This document shows positions 14,938 through 23,013 of a DNA stretch of 64,000 bases, piece by piece. Within the stretch, counting starts at the first letter, position 1. Each line of letters starts with the position of its first letter. The DNA is from a bacterium (GTDB lineage: Bacteria > Hydrothermota > UBA3073 > JACQXS01 > JAGMCI01): NCBI GenBank assembly GCA_030018315.1, contig JASEGA010000005.1, positions 8,351 through 72,350 on the forward strand, in the 5' to 3' direction. Both the position numbers and the translations under genes were made by a program. The notes under the pieces were generated by a model. The model worked only from the letters and a program-made list of their open reading frames with translations. It did not search any database and was not told the DNA's origin.

Positions 14938-17508
14938 ATGAAGGCACAGGAACTTAGGGAAACATTTTTGAATTTTTTTAAAGACCGCGGTCATACGGTA
15001 GTGGGTTCATCTGGTCTTGTCCCAAGAGGTGACCCAACCCTCTTATTTACGAGTGCAGGTATGGTTCAGTTTAAGAAGTTATGGTCGGGTGAGTCACCGA
15101 TTTCATACCGTCGTGCAGTTAGTATTCAGAAATGTTTGAGGGCGAGCGACCTTGATGAGGTGGGGAGGAGGGTCAAGTATAACACATTCTTTGAGATGTT
15201 GGGCAACTTTTCGTTTGGTGATTACTTTAAGCTTGACGCAATCAAATGGGCGTGGGAGTTTATGACGAAAGTGTTGAAGTTGTCCGAAGATAAATTGTAT
15301 GTGTCGGTTCTGAGTGATGACACTGAAGCATATAAGATTTGGCGTGATGAGGTTGATATAGATAACAAAAAGATATTTAAGTTAGGTAAGGATGACAATT
15401 TTTGGCTTCCTGCTGGTGGCACTGGTGCTTGTGGACCATGTTCTGAAATATTTTATGACCTTAGTGAGGATGTAGGGTGCGGCAAACCTGACTGTAGACC
15501 AGGCTGTAAATGTGACCGATTTCCTGAAGTTTGGAACCTTGTTTTCCCTCAGTATGATTCACAGCCTGATGGCACTCTTAAGCCGCTTAAGAATAGGGGT
15601 ATTGATACTGGAATGGGACTTGAGCGTCTTCTTATGGTGGTTCAGGGTAAGAAGTCGCTGTTTGAGACTGACCTGTTCAATCCAATTGTTGATGAGGTAT
15701 GTAAAATTTGTGATGTAAAATATGAGGAGAATAAAGTATCTATAAATATAATTGCAGACCACATAAGGGCACTGACATTTGCGGTTGCTGAAGGTGTATA
15801 TCCTTCTAATGTAAGCAGGGGCTACCTTTTACGTCGTCTTTTACGTCGTGCTCAAAGGGAGATGTATGAGTTTGGTGTAAAGAAGCCGTTCCTTTATAAA
15901 CTTGTGCCCATAGTAGCAGATGTGATGCGTGACTGTTATCCTGAGCTTGTCTCTCGCAGAGAGAGTGTAGCATTGATTATAAAGTCAGAAGAAGAAAGCT
16001 TCTTGCGTACACTTGGGCAAGGGCTTGTAGTCTTTAACGAAGTCCTTTCTGGGCTCAAGTCACGCACAATTCCGGGTGATGCTGTTTTCAAATTATACGA
16101 TACTTATGGCTTTCCACCCGAGCTTGTTGAGGAGCTTGCTACTCACAAGGGATTTAAAGTAGATAAAGTTGGCTTTGATAAAGTTATGAATGAAGCAAAA
16201 GAGCGTACTAAGATGACAGGTAAGTTTAAGGACTCTGCAAAAGTAGACTGGACTGAAATTTTCCCCATTACTGTGACTGATTTTGTTGGCTATAAAGTTT
16301 TACGCACTCGGTCAAAGGTAGCAAAATGGAGGCAAGTTAATGATAATATAGAAATTGTATTGGACCGTAGCCCGTTTTATGCAGAAGCGGGTGGACAGAT
16401 TGGTGACTGTGGTAAAATATACAATAGCTCAATGGAAGTAGAGGTTTTGGACACTAAAAAATTAGGTGATTTATATGTCCATATTGGGAAATTAAAAAAG
16501 GGTAATATAAATAATAAAATGGTAATATGTGAGGTAGATAAAGATAGGCGAAAGGCTGTTGAGCAGAATCATACTGGGACGCACTTAATTCATTCAGCTT
16601 TGCGTAAAGTTTTAGGTGACCATGTACATCAAGATGGCTCGTTAGTGGAGGCTGATAGATTCAGGTTTGACTTCACTCATTTTAAGCCCCTCAGTAACTA
16701 TGAGATTGAAAAAGTTGAGTCACTTGTAAATGGTTGGATATTAGAAAATATTACTGTAAAGACATATGTAACTTCATTTGATGCAGCAGTAGATTCGGGT
16801 GCGACTGCTATTTTTGGTGAGAAATACGGGGATAAAGTAAGGGTAGTCCGTATTGGTGACATCTCAATGGAGCTTTGTGGTGGCACTCATGTCCGCTCTA
16901 CAGCAGAGCTTATTTTTTTAAAAATTATTTCTGAAACTGGTATTCATACTGGTATAAGGAGGGTTGAAGTTTTGACTGGTGCCACTGCTATTAAGCGGCT
17001 AATGGGTTATGAGTCAGATTTAGTTTCAATTTCAGATAGATTAGGAGTAGAACCTTCTCAAGTTAAGGATAAGGTTTATAATTTGATAGAGGATAATAAG
17101 AAGCTAAGAGATAGATTGATGGAACTTGAGCGCGTCTCAATTTTAAATCTGGTGCCTGAAATTTTAAGTAAGAAAGAGGTGATTGATGGGATAGATGTTT
17201 TAATATCTAAAGTTCCGACTGAGAACATTGAAATTTTACGTATTTTAGCTGATAAGTTAAGAGTGGGCAGTCAAAGAGTAGGTGTTTTATGTTCTGTAAT
17301 AAATGGGAAGCCAGTTTTTATCACTTTTGTCTCTGATGATTTAAAGTCACAAATAAAGGCTTCTATTATTGCTAATAAGATAGGTAAATTAGCGGGTGGT
17401 GGGGGAGGAGGTAAGGATACAATTGGACAAGCAGGTGGTAAAGATACGAGTGAGTTGGACTATGTCTTGGGACATGTCCCAAGATTAATTTCTGAAATTA
17501 TAAAATAG
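14938..17508 (+). CDS. alaS: alanyl-tRNA synthetase
   Basis: 856 aa with FTSAGMVQFK, the editing-domain HTGTH...CGGTH block and a C-terminal GGGGGGK DHHA1 region. Confidence 0.95.
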   Translation: MKAQELRETFLNFFKDRGHTVVGSSGLVPRGDPTLLFTSAGMVQFKKLWSGESPISYRRAVSIQKCLRASDLDEVGRRVKYNTFFEMLGNFSFGDYFKLDAIKWAWEFMTKVLKLSEDKLYVSVLSDDTEAYKIWRDEVDIDNKKIFKLGKDDNFWLPAGGTGACGPCSEIFYDLSEDVGCGKPDCRPGCKCDRFPEVWNLVFPQYDSQPDGTLKPLKNRGIDTGMGLERLLMVVQGKKSLFETDLFNPIVDEVCKICDVKYEENKVSINIIADHIRALTFAVAEGVYPSNVSRGYLLRRLLRRAQREMYEFGVKKPFLYKLVPIVADVMRDCYPELVSRRESVALIIKSEEESFLRTLGQGLVVFNEVLSGLKSRTIPGDAVFKLYDTYGFPPELVEELATHKGFKVDKVGFDKVMNEAKERTKMTGKFKDSAKVDWTEIFPITVTDFVGYKVLRTRSKVAKWRQVNDNIEIVLDRSPFYAEAGGQIGDCGKIYNSSMEVEVLDTKKLGDLYVHIGKLKKGNINNKMVICEVDKDRRKAVEQNHTGTHLIHSALRKVLGDHVHQDGSLVEADRFRFDFTHFKPLSNYEIEKVESLVNGWILENITVKTYVTSFDAAVDSGATAIFGEKYGDKVRVVRIGDISMELCGGTHVRSTAELIFLKIISETGIHTGIRRVEVLTGATAIKRLMGYESDLVSISDRLGVEPSQVKDKVYNLIEDNKKLRDRLMELERVSILNLVPEILSKKEVIDGIDVLISKVPTENIEILRILADKLRVGSQRVGVLCSVINGKPVFITFVSDDLKSQIKASIIANKIGKLAGGGGGGKDTIGQAGGKDTSELDYVLGHVPRLISEIIK

Positions 17509-17517
17509 TATGCAGGG

Positions 17518-17560
17518 AAAACGAATGTACTGAATGATAGCGAACGTGACGAATATCATT
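17518..17560. repeat. ATGACGAA-type oligo-repeat tract
   Basis: aaaacgaatgtactgaatgatagcgaacgtgacgaatatcatt, directly after the alaS stop. Confidence 0.55.
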
Positions 17561-17673
17561 ATTGAGATTTCAAATTCCGAAGCTTGTATCAACGAGTTAA
17601 CATCTTTTTATAAAAGCAAAAATAACTTGACAAAGAGCAAATTGTGATAAATATTAAAGATTGGAGGTGTAAT

Positions 17674-19392
17674 ATGAAACACTCTTTAGTTTGTCTTGTT
17701 GTGGTATTGACTACAGCTCGTAGTTGGTCTACGACTGTAATAAAAGGAAACTATAAGACTCCTTTCAATTATGCTATTGTAGTGAAAAATTCTACACTTG
17801 AAGATTCTTCCTGGTCAGCAGTAGCTGATACATTACAAGCCCGTCACGGTGGTACTATATTTACTCATACTGGCAATGTATGGGATGTCCAGTCCTCTCT
17901 CTCAGAATATAAGCCGACCCATATTTGCTTTTTAGCTAAAGTTACAGATATAACAAGTGTAGGCTCGACTGAATATGTACGTAGAATACACCAATTAACA
18001 AGAGCATTGGATGACGACCCTTATGGTGATGCGGTATGGGGTATATTGACAGGCTATAATGCAGATGATGCCATGAAGATAGCAACTACACCAAAAGAGG
18101 TTCTAATTTCTAATGTTCTACTTAAGGATTGTATGGGGCTCCTTTATTGGGTGAGGCAAGGTATGTATTTTGCCTGTCATATATATGGGCGTGTAGGGGT
18201 GAAGCGGCCTGATTGCGACACTGTTGAAGTATACAATAATGGACCGCAGGATTGTACTGATACAATGGTAACTCTGATTAATACAAACACATTTCACCTG
18301 ATAATGCCAGGTGGCCACGGTGATCATGACGCTTGGCAGTTACATTACCCAAGCCCTGGTTATGAAGGCTATTTTCGGTCAAGTAACGGGCAGGTGTACG
18401 GTGACCCTTATTCTGGCTCAAATATAAATGTGAGTTCAACTAACCCAAAGGTATTTTTTGCACCATTTAACTGTCTTCATGGTCAAATATTAGGTGGTGG
18501 CTCTTTTGTCCCTTCTTGGGCGCATACTGGTGGAGTATGCCAATATTGGGGAAATACAATACCTGTAGGTACACCAGCTATTATGAAAGGTTTCTATTAT
18601 GTATGGTATCAGCCTGACCGAAATACATTTGCTGAAGCTTTCTATTATGAGAACCAATCGGTAATCTTTAATATAGTTAATAATATACCCGGTTCAAACC
18701 AGAGTGGGTTAAACACTGAGAAAGATGTTTGGGGCTTTTACGGTGACCCGGGGTGTGATTTCCGTTTTGAAAAGGCAGCTATAGAGCCATGGTCTGAGTA
18801 TGAGTTTATAATAAAAGAAGGGACTGGTGGAGTAGATACTGTAACTTTTAGAATAACTGTAACTCGTGAAGGCAAACCCGGTGCTTGGCCTTGGGGGCAA
18901 CCCGAGATTGCATTGTTGCCATTTATAGCAGAAGATGTGCATATTATATCTACAGATGCATATAATGCAGTGGTGACAGAAAATTTTGTATTGTTAGATA
19001 TATGGCATCAGGGAGATTCTAATTTACAACCCGGTGCTACCCGTGAAGTAGTTTTCACTGCCAAGAAGATGGGTGTAGAAGAATCACATATATCAGTTAC
19101 TAAATTTGTTATCCTATCCCAGAACTGTCCTAACCCGTTCACTAATGTAACCACTATCCCGTATTACTTTTCAAATGCTACTCGCACTCCTTCTCCTGTG
19201 AGTTTAAAAATCTACTCTATTTCTGGTAATCTAGTCAAAGTTCTTGTGGCTGGGTATCAGAGCCCTGGTTCTCATAATGTGAGTTGGGATGGTTGTGATA
19301 ATTTTGGCAATAAAGTGCCAAATGGAGTATATTTTTGTAGACTTAGTGTTGACAATTGTAGCGCGACAAAAAAGTTGAGTATTTTGAGATAA
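17674..19392 (+). CDS. secreted clan-CD (gingipain/C25-like) cysteine-peptidase-like protein with T9SS-type C-terminal sorting domain
   Basis: A GGAGG SD precedes the ATG at 17674, followed by the signal peptide MKHSLVCLVVVLTTARSWS. A His-Gly / hydrophobic-strand-Cys pair (IMPGGHGD ... VFFAPFNCLHG) is present. The C-terminus NCPNPFTN..IPYYF...LKIYSISGNLVKVL...HNVSWDG.DNFGNKVPNGVYFCRL matches the T9SS/FlgD-Ig-like CTD pattern. Confidence 0.5.
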   Translation: MKHSLVCLVVVLTTARSWSTTVIKGNYKTPFNYAIVVKNSTLEDSSWSAVADTLQARHGGTIFTHTGNVWDVQSSLSEYKPTHICFLAKVTDITSVGSTEYVRRIHQLTRALDDDPYGDAVWGILTGYNADDAMKIATTPKEVLISNVLLKDCMGLLYWVRQGMYFACHIYGRVGVKRPDCDTVEVYNNGPQDCTDTMVTLINTNTFHLIMPGGHGDHDAWQLHYPSPGYEGYFRSSNGQVYGDPYSGSNINVSSTNPKVFFAPFNCLHGQILGGGSFVPSWAHTGGVCQYWGNTIPVGTPAIMKGFYYVWYQPDRNTFAEAFYYENQSVIFNIVNNIPGSNQSGLNTEKDVWGFYGDPGCDFRFEKAAIEPWSEYEFIIKEGTGGVDTVTFRITVTREGKPGAWPWGQPEIALLPFIAEDVHIISTDAYNAVVTENFVLLDIWHQGDSNLQPGATREVVFTAKKMGVEESHISVTKFVILSQNCPNPFTNVTTIPYYFSNATRTPSPVSLKIYSISGNLVKVLVAGYQSPGSHNVSWDGCDNFGNKVPNGVYFCRLSVDNCSATKKLSILR

Positions 19393-19427
19393 AGGGTTTA
19401 AAGAGGTCTAAAGGTTTAAAAGCTTAA
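19391..19427. repeat. GTTTAAAG-type oligo-repeat tract
   Basis: aaagggtttaaagaggtctaaaggtttaaaagcttaa, between the two T9SS cargo genes. Confidence 0.5.
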
Positions 19428-19437
19428 GGAGGTTAAT

Positions 19438-21501
19438 ATGTGGTTTTTACTTTCTTTTTTATTAGGTGTTTCCTTTAATGATTGGTCGTTAATTGACTCT
19501 GTTTCAATTAATCTTGATGTTTCAGCTGGTAATTATCTTTGTGTAAAGTTTGATGCTCCTATTGACAGTCTTGAAGTTTACACTCCACCTGATTTCCTTA
19601 CTCCATTATCAAAGCAAGCTGTAGCTTATTCTCCGGGGTGGTTGAGGATTGACCTTGTTGCTAATCTTAGTCAGCTGGATTCCGATCTTCAAGACCAGTA
19701 TGCGACTATGATTTTGGATGCCCCACCTGCATGGGTTGATGAGCTTTCATTTCAGGTGGCTCATATTCCGTCAAATATTTTAAGTAATCCAAACTTCTAT
19801 CCAGAAGTAATAACTGAGAATACCAAGTTTATTTATCAAGCTGATAGTGTTCTTGCCTATGCTGATATAATTGATTATGGTGGAGCAGATTATTACTCGA
19901 CTGTCCGGTATCGTGCAGTCAATGAATCCGGCGATACTATTGAGCTTGAGTATCCAAAAGAGTATTATTATTGGTATATTGTGCATCCAAAGATTTCTCG
20001 TGAGCTATGCACTTATATTAATCCAAATACTGGTGACCCAAGTTTTCCACCAACTGGTAAGTTTTGGCGTGATTACCTATTTAATCAAGCGGATGCTGGT
20101 TATCCAGTTTTACGAGATTATTTTACAAATTGTTCAATTCTTTGGGGTTGTCTTCATAATGATACAACAGATGCAAATGGTGCAGTTGCAAAATTGAATA
20201 ACTGGATGCGTCAAGTTATGGTATTCCAGTCACCGAGTTCAAGAAAGTATCAGCCTGTTCATATATACCATCAGCATCGCGGTACTTGCACTGAATGGGG
20301 TATATTAACTGCGGCTGCTGCAAGGGCTTGTCTTATTCCGACTGTCAGGACTTCTGCATATGGGGATAACCATCACTGGAACGAATTTTACGAGTCTAGG
20401 TGGGTTCAGTGGGAGCCTGTTAATAAGATGATAGATAATTACACTTATGACCCTGGTTGGTGGCAATTAGCTGCAGCTATAAATTGGCGTGGCGATGGCT
20501 ACACTTGGACAGTAAGTGAGCGCTATACTCCTTTTTGTACTTTAACTGTGAAAGTAATTGATGTTAACCAAGACCCGGTAGACGGTGCCTTTGTCGCTGT
20601 CCGTGGCGGTCCGAATCAGGTAACTTGGTATTGTGCTTTTGGGTATACAAATTCAGCTGGTGAGTGTTCGTTTACTTTGGGTGATTTGCTTAATTATGAT
20701 TGTCGTGTCACAAGCTCAATTGGTGAAGTCTACTGGACTCCCGTAATTACCAATAGTCAAGGTGGTGAACATTACTCTTGGACACCACAACTTGATGGTG
20801 TAGTTCCCAGTATATCTGTGTTTGATGATACTTTACCAGAGAGTCCTCAAGATGAATATAAAGTAGCTGTTAACTTAGATGTTCCTCAGGAAGCAATATA
20901 TGGAAACAATCCCGATGATAACAGCCTTTTTATAAAAAGGGATTCAACTGGTAATTTAGAATTCTTCATTTGTGACTCTTTAAATTTTACTAAATTTGTT
21001 GCTGGCTCTAAGTTTCTTGCATTTTTAATCTCTAAAGATATATCCACAATAGACACAAGTTTTGTCTTCCCCACATCTGAGCCATGGTATCTTATAGTCT
21101 CTAACAAAGATGTGGTAGCTAATGCTCAGAGTGTCTCTCTTCGTGTGGAATTATACAAAAAAACGGGTGGTATTGCAAGTGTAGTTTATAATCCGAGTCA
21201 AAATCTATCTGTCTACCCTAATCCATTCAACCAAAAGGCAGTAATTAGGGTTCAGGGGTTAGGTAGGGGTTTGATTAATCAAACTCCTACACTGCAAATT
21301 TATGATTTAGCTGGCAGATTAATTAAGTCTTTACCACTAATCACTGACAACTTATCCACAGGATTCTGCGAATCACTGACCACTGCTGTGGCTTGGGATG
21401 GTACTGATTCCAGTTTCAACAAAGTTCCATCTGGTATATACTTTCTCAAACTAAAATTAGGTCCAGAGCAAGTAATGACCAAATTACTTTTGCTAAGATA
21501 G
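19438..21501 (+). CDS. secreted transglutaminase-like cysteine-protease-domain protein with T9SS-type C-terminal sorting domain
   Basis: AAGGAGG SD. The transglutaminase-core pattern is HRGTCTEWGIL ... GDNHHWNEFY. The C-terminus YPNPFNQKAVIRV...LQIYDLAGRLIKSL...VAWDGTDSSFNKVPSGIYFLKL is a T9SS CTD. Confidence 0.6.
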   Translation: MWFLLSFLLGVSFNDWSLIDSVSINLDVSAGNYLCVKFDAPIDSLEVYTPPDFLTPLSKQAVAYSPGWLRIDLVANLSQLDSDLQDQYATMILDAPPAWVDELSFQVAHIPSNILSNPNFYPEVITENTKFIYQADSVLAYADIIDYGGADYYSTVRYRAVNESGDTIELEYPKEYYYWYIVHPKISRELCTYINPNTGDPSFPPTGKFWRDYLFNQADAGYPVLRDYFTNCSILWGCLHNDTTDANGAVAKLNNWMRQVMVFQSPSSRKYQPVHIYHQHRGTCTEWGILTAAAARACLIPTVRTSAYGDNHHWNEFYESRWVQWEPVNKMIDNYTYDPGWWQLAAAINWRGDGYTWTVSERYTPFCTLTVKVIDVNQDPVDGAFVAVRGGPNQVTWYCAFGYTNSAGECSFTLGDLLNYDCRVTSSIGEVYWTPVITNSQGGEHYSWTPQLDGVVPSISVFDDTLPESPQDEYKVAVNLDVPQEAIYGNNPDDNSLFIKRDSTGNLEFFICDSLNFTKFVAGSKFLAFLISKDISTIDTSFVFPTSEPWYLIVSNKDVVANAQSVSLRVELYKKTGGIASVVYNPSQNLSVYPNPFNQKAVIRVQGLGRGLINQTPTLQIYDLAGRLIKSLPLITDNLSTGFCESLTTAVAWDGTDSSFNKVPSGIYFLKLKLGPEQVMTKLLLLR
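21263..21290. repeat. 28-bp GTAG...CTAC palindrome, copy 1 (inside the CDS, in frame)
   Basis: gtaggggtttgattaatcaaactcctac, with one mismatch to a perfect palindrome. It is translated as GRGLINQTPT in a loop of the T9SS CTD. Confidence 0.8.
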
Positions 21502-21511
21502 CGACTATATA

Positions 21512-21563
21512 GAATGTCAAATATCAAAGCTCAAAATCCAAATAAAGTTCAAAGGCTCAAAAG
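21512..21563. repeat. CAAAT-type oligo-repeat tract
   Basis: gaatgtcaaatatcaaagctcaaaatccaaataaagttcaaaggctcaaaag. Confidence 0.65.
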
Positions 21564-21647
21564 TTAAATTTATAAGTTGCTGACTATTAGCATCTATATT
21601 GGAATATATTTTCAGCTCAAGCTCCGGGTATAATTCTCAAAAATAAC

Positions 21648-21675
21648 TTGATTTTTTAGGAATTTTGGTTATAGT
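21648..21675 (+). promoter_or_regulatory. sigma70-type promoter for lepB
   Basis: TTGATT, 16-nt spacer, TATAGT. The ATG at 21689 is 13 nt after the -10 box, and there is no SD. Confidence 0.45.
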
Positions 21676-21688
21676 ATTTATATAAATT

Positions 21689-22375
21689 ATGGTAAAAAAG
21701 AAAAGTAAACTTCGTAAGTGGATAGAAGACATTGTTTTTGTTGCTGTCTGTGTTCTTGTAATTCGTACTTTTATAGTTCAAGCTTATAGAATACCGTCGG
21801 GGTCAATGGAGCCTACGCTTCTAATTGGTGACCACTTATTTGCGTGTAAGTTTTTTTATGGGATAAGGATTCCAATAACTGGTAAGCATGTTATTCGGCT
21901 TCGTAAGCCCCGTCCTGGTGACATAATAATTTTCAGATTTCCTTATGAGCGTAAGGACTTTGTCAAGCGTTGTATAGGGGTGGGTGGTAATATTGTAGAA
22001 ATAAGGAATAAAAATGTGTATGTGAATGGTGTACTGTTAAACGAGCCTTATGCTCATTTTAGTGATTTACGCACTTATTCTAAATTAGAGTCAATTGGCT
22101 CTAATTATCAGGATGCTTGGGAGCGTGGTGAGTTAAGGACTGCGGGTGGTTTAGTCCGTGACAATTTTGGACCTGTTCGCGTTCCTCCTAATTCTATATT
22201 TGTGATGGGTGACAACCGCGATTACTCATTTGATTCACGGTTTTGGGGTCCTTTGAATGATAAATATATATTAGGTAAGGCAATTGTATTGTATTTTTCG
22301 TGGAATAGGGAGCCACCACTTTATAAAATTTGGGAAAAAGTGAGATGGACGAGAATAGGGAAGTTAATTAAATAA
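21689..22375 (+). CDS. lepB: signal peptidase I
   Basis: Motifs SGSMEPTLLIGD, KRCIG and GDNRDYSFDSRFWG. Confidence 0.9.
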   Translation: MVKKKSKLRKWIEDIVFVAVCVLVIRTFIVQAYRIPSGSMEPTLLIGDHLFACKFFYGIRIPITGKHVIRLRKPRPGDIIIFRFPYERKDFVKRCIGVGGNIVEIRNKNVYVNGVLLNEPYAHFSDLRTYSKLESIGSNYQDAWERGELRTAGGLVRDNFGPVRVPPNSIFVMGDNRDYSFDSRFWGPLNDKYILGKAIVLYFSWNREPPLYKIWEKVRWTRIGKLIK

Positions 22376-22417
22376 ATTTCAAATTCCAAAATCCAGATTC
22401 CAAACAATTTTGAATCC
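22376..22417. repeat. CAAAT-type oligo-repeat tract
   Basis: atttcaaattccaaaatccagattccaaacaattttgaatcc. Confidence 0.6.
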
Positions 22418-22451
22418 TTTTTGAGTAGTTTGCATCTAAACTATTGAATTA

Positions 22452-22964
22452 GTGGGTAAGAAGACACTAAAAGAGGAATTAGAAGAATATAAGGATAAGT
22501 ATTTAAGGGCTCTTGCTGAGCTTGATAATTACAGGAAGCGTATAAAAAAGGAGAAGGAAGAGCTTGTAAATTATGCATCTGAGCGTCTCATCCTTGAGCT
22601 AATTCCAGTTTTAGACAATTTTGAGCGTGGTCTGAGTTCTTTACGAGATATAAAATCTGATAATTTAGATGATTTCTACCGTGGTATTGAGCTGATTTAT
22701 GATAGATTTAAAGAATTGCTTGAAAAGGAAGGCATTAAATCGTTTAGTGCTGTAGGTGAGAAGTTTAACCCTGCTCGTCATGAGGCAGTTTCGGTAACTG
22801 ATTCAGGTGACTGTCCTCCTGATACTGTGGTGTCTGAGCTCTGTAAGGGCTATATATTGAAAGATAAGGTTATAAGACCTGCAAAAGTAGTGGTAGCAAA
22901 AAAAAGAAATGACGAAGTCCGAATGACGAATAACGAAAAAAGAATGCTAGGGGAAAATGCTTAA
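22452..22964 (+). CDS. grpE: nucleotide exchange factor GrpE
   Basis: Motifs YLRALAELDNYRKR, LPVLDNFERG, FNPARHEA and VIRPAKVVV. The C-terminal tail KKRNDEVRMTNNEKRMLGENA is encoded by an oligo-repeat tract. Confidence 0.9.
   Translation: MGKKTLKEELEEYKDKYLRALAELDNYRKRIKKEKEELVNYASERLILELIPVLDNFERGLSSLRDIKSDNLDDFYRGIELIYDRFKELLEKEGIKSFSAVGEKFNPARHEAVSVTDSGDCPPDTVVSELCKGYILKDKVIRPAKVVVAKKRNDEVRMTNNEKRMLGENA
22907..22947. repeat. ATGACGAA-type oligo-repeat tract
   Basis: aaatgacgaagtccgaatgacgaataacgaaaaaagaatgc, inside the grpE 3' end. Confidence 0.65.
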
Positions 22965-23013
22965 AAGTCCTAAATACCTAAATGATGAGTAAAGAGAGTG
23001 AGTGGAGGTAATA

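Noticed and set aside
22376-22451. CIRCE/HrcA operator upstream of grpE
   Set aside because: I looked for TTAGCACTC-N9-GAGTGCTAA-like inverted repeats. Only a CAAAT-type tract is present.
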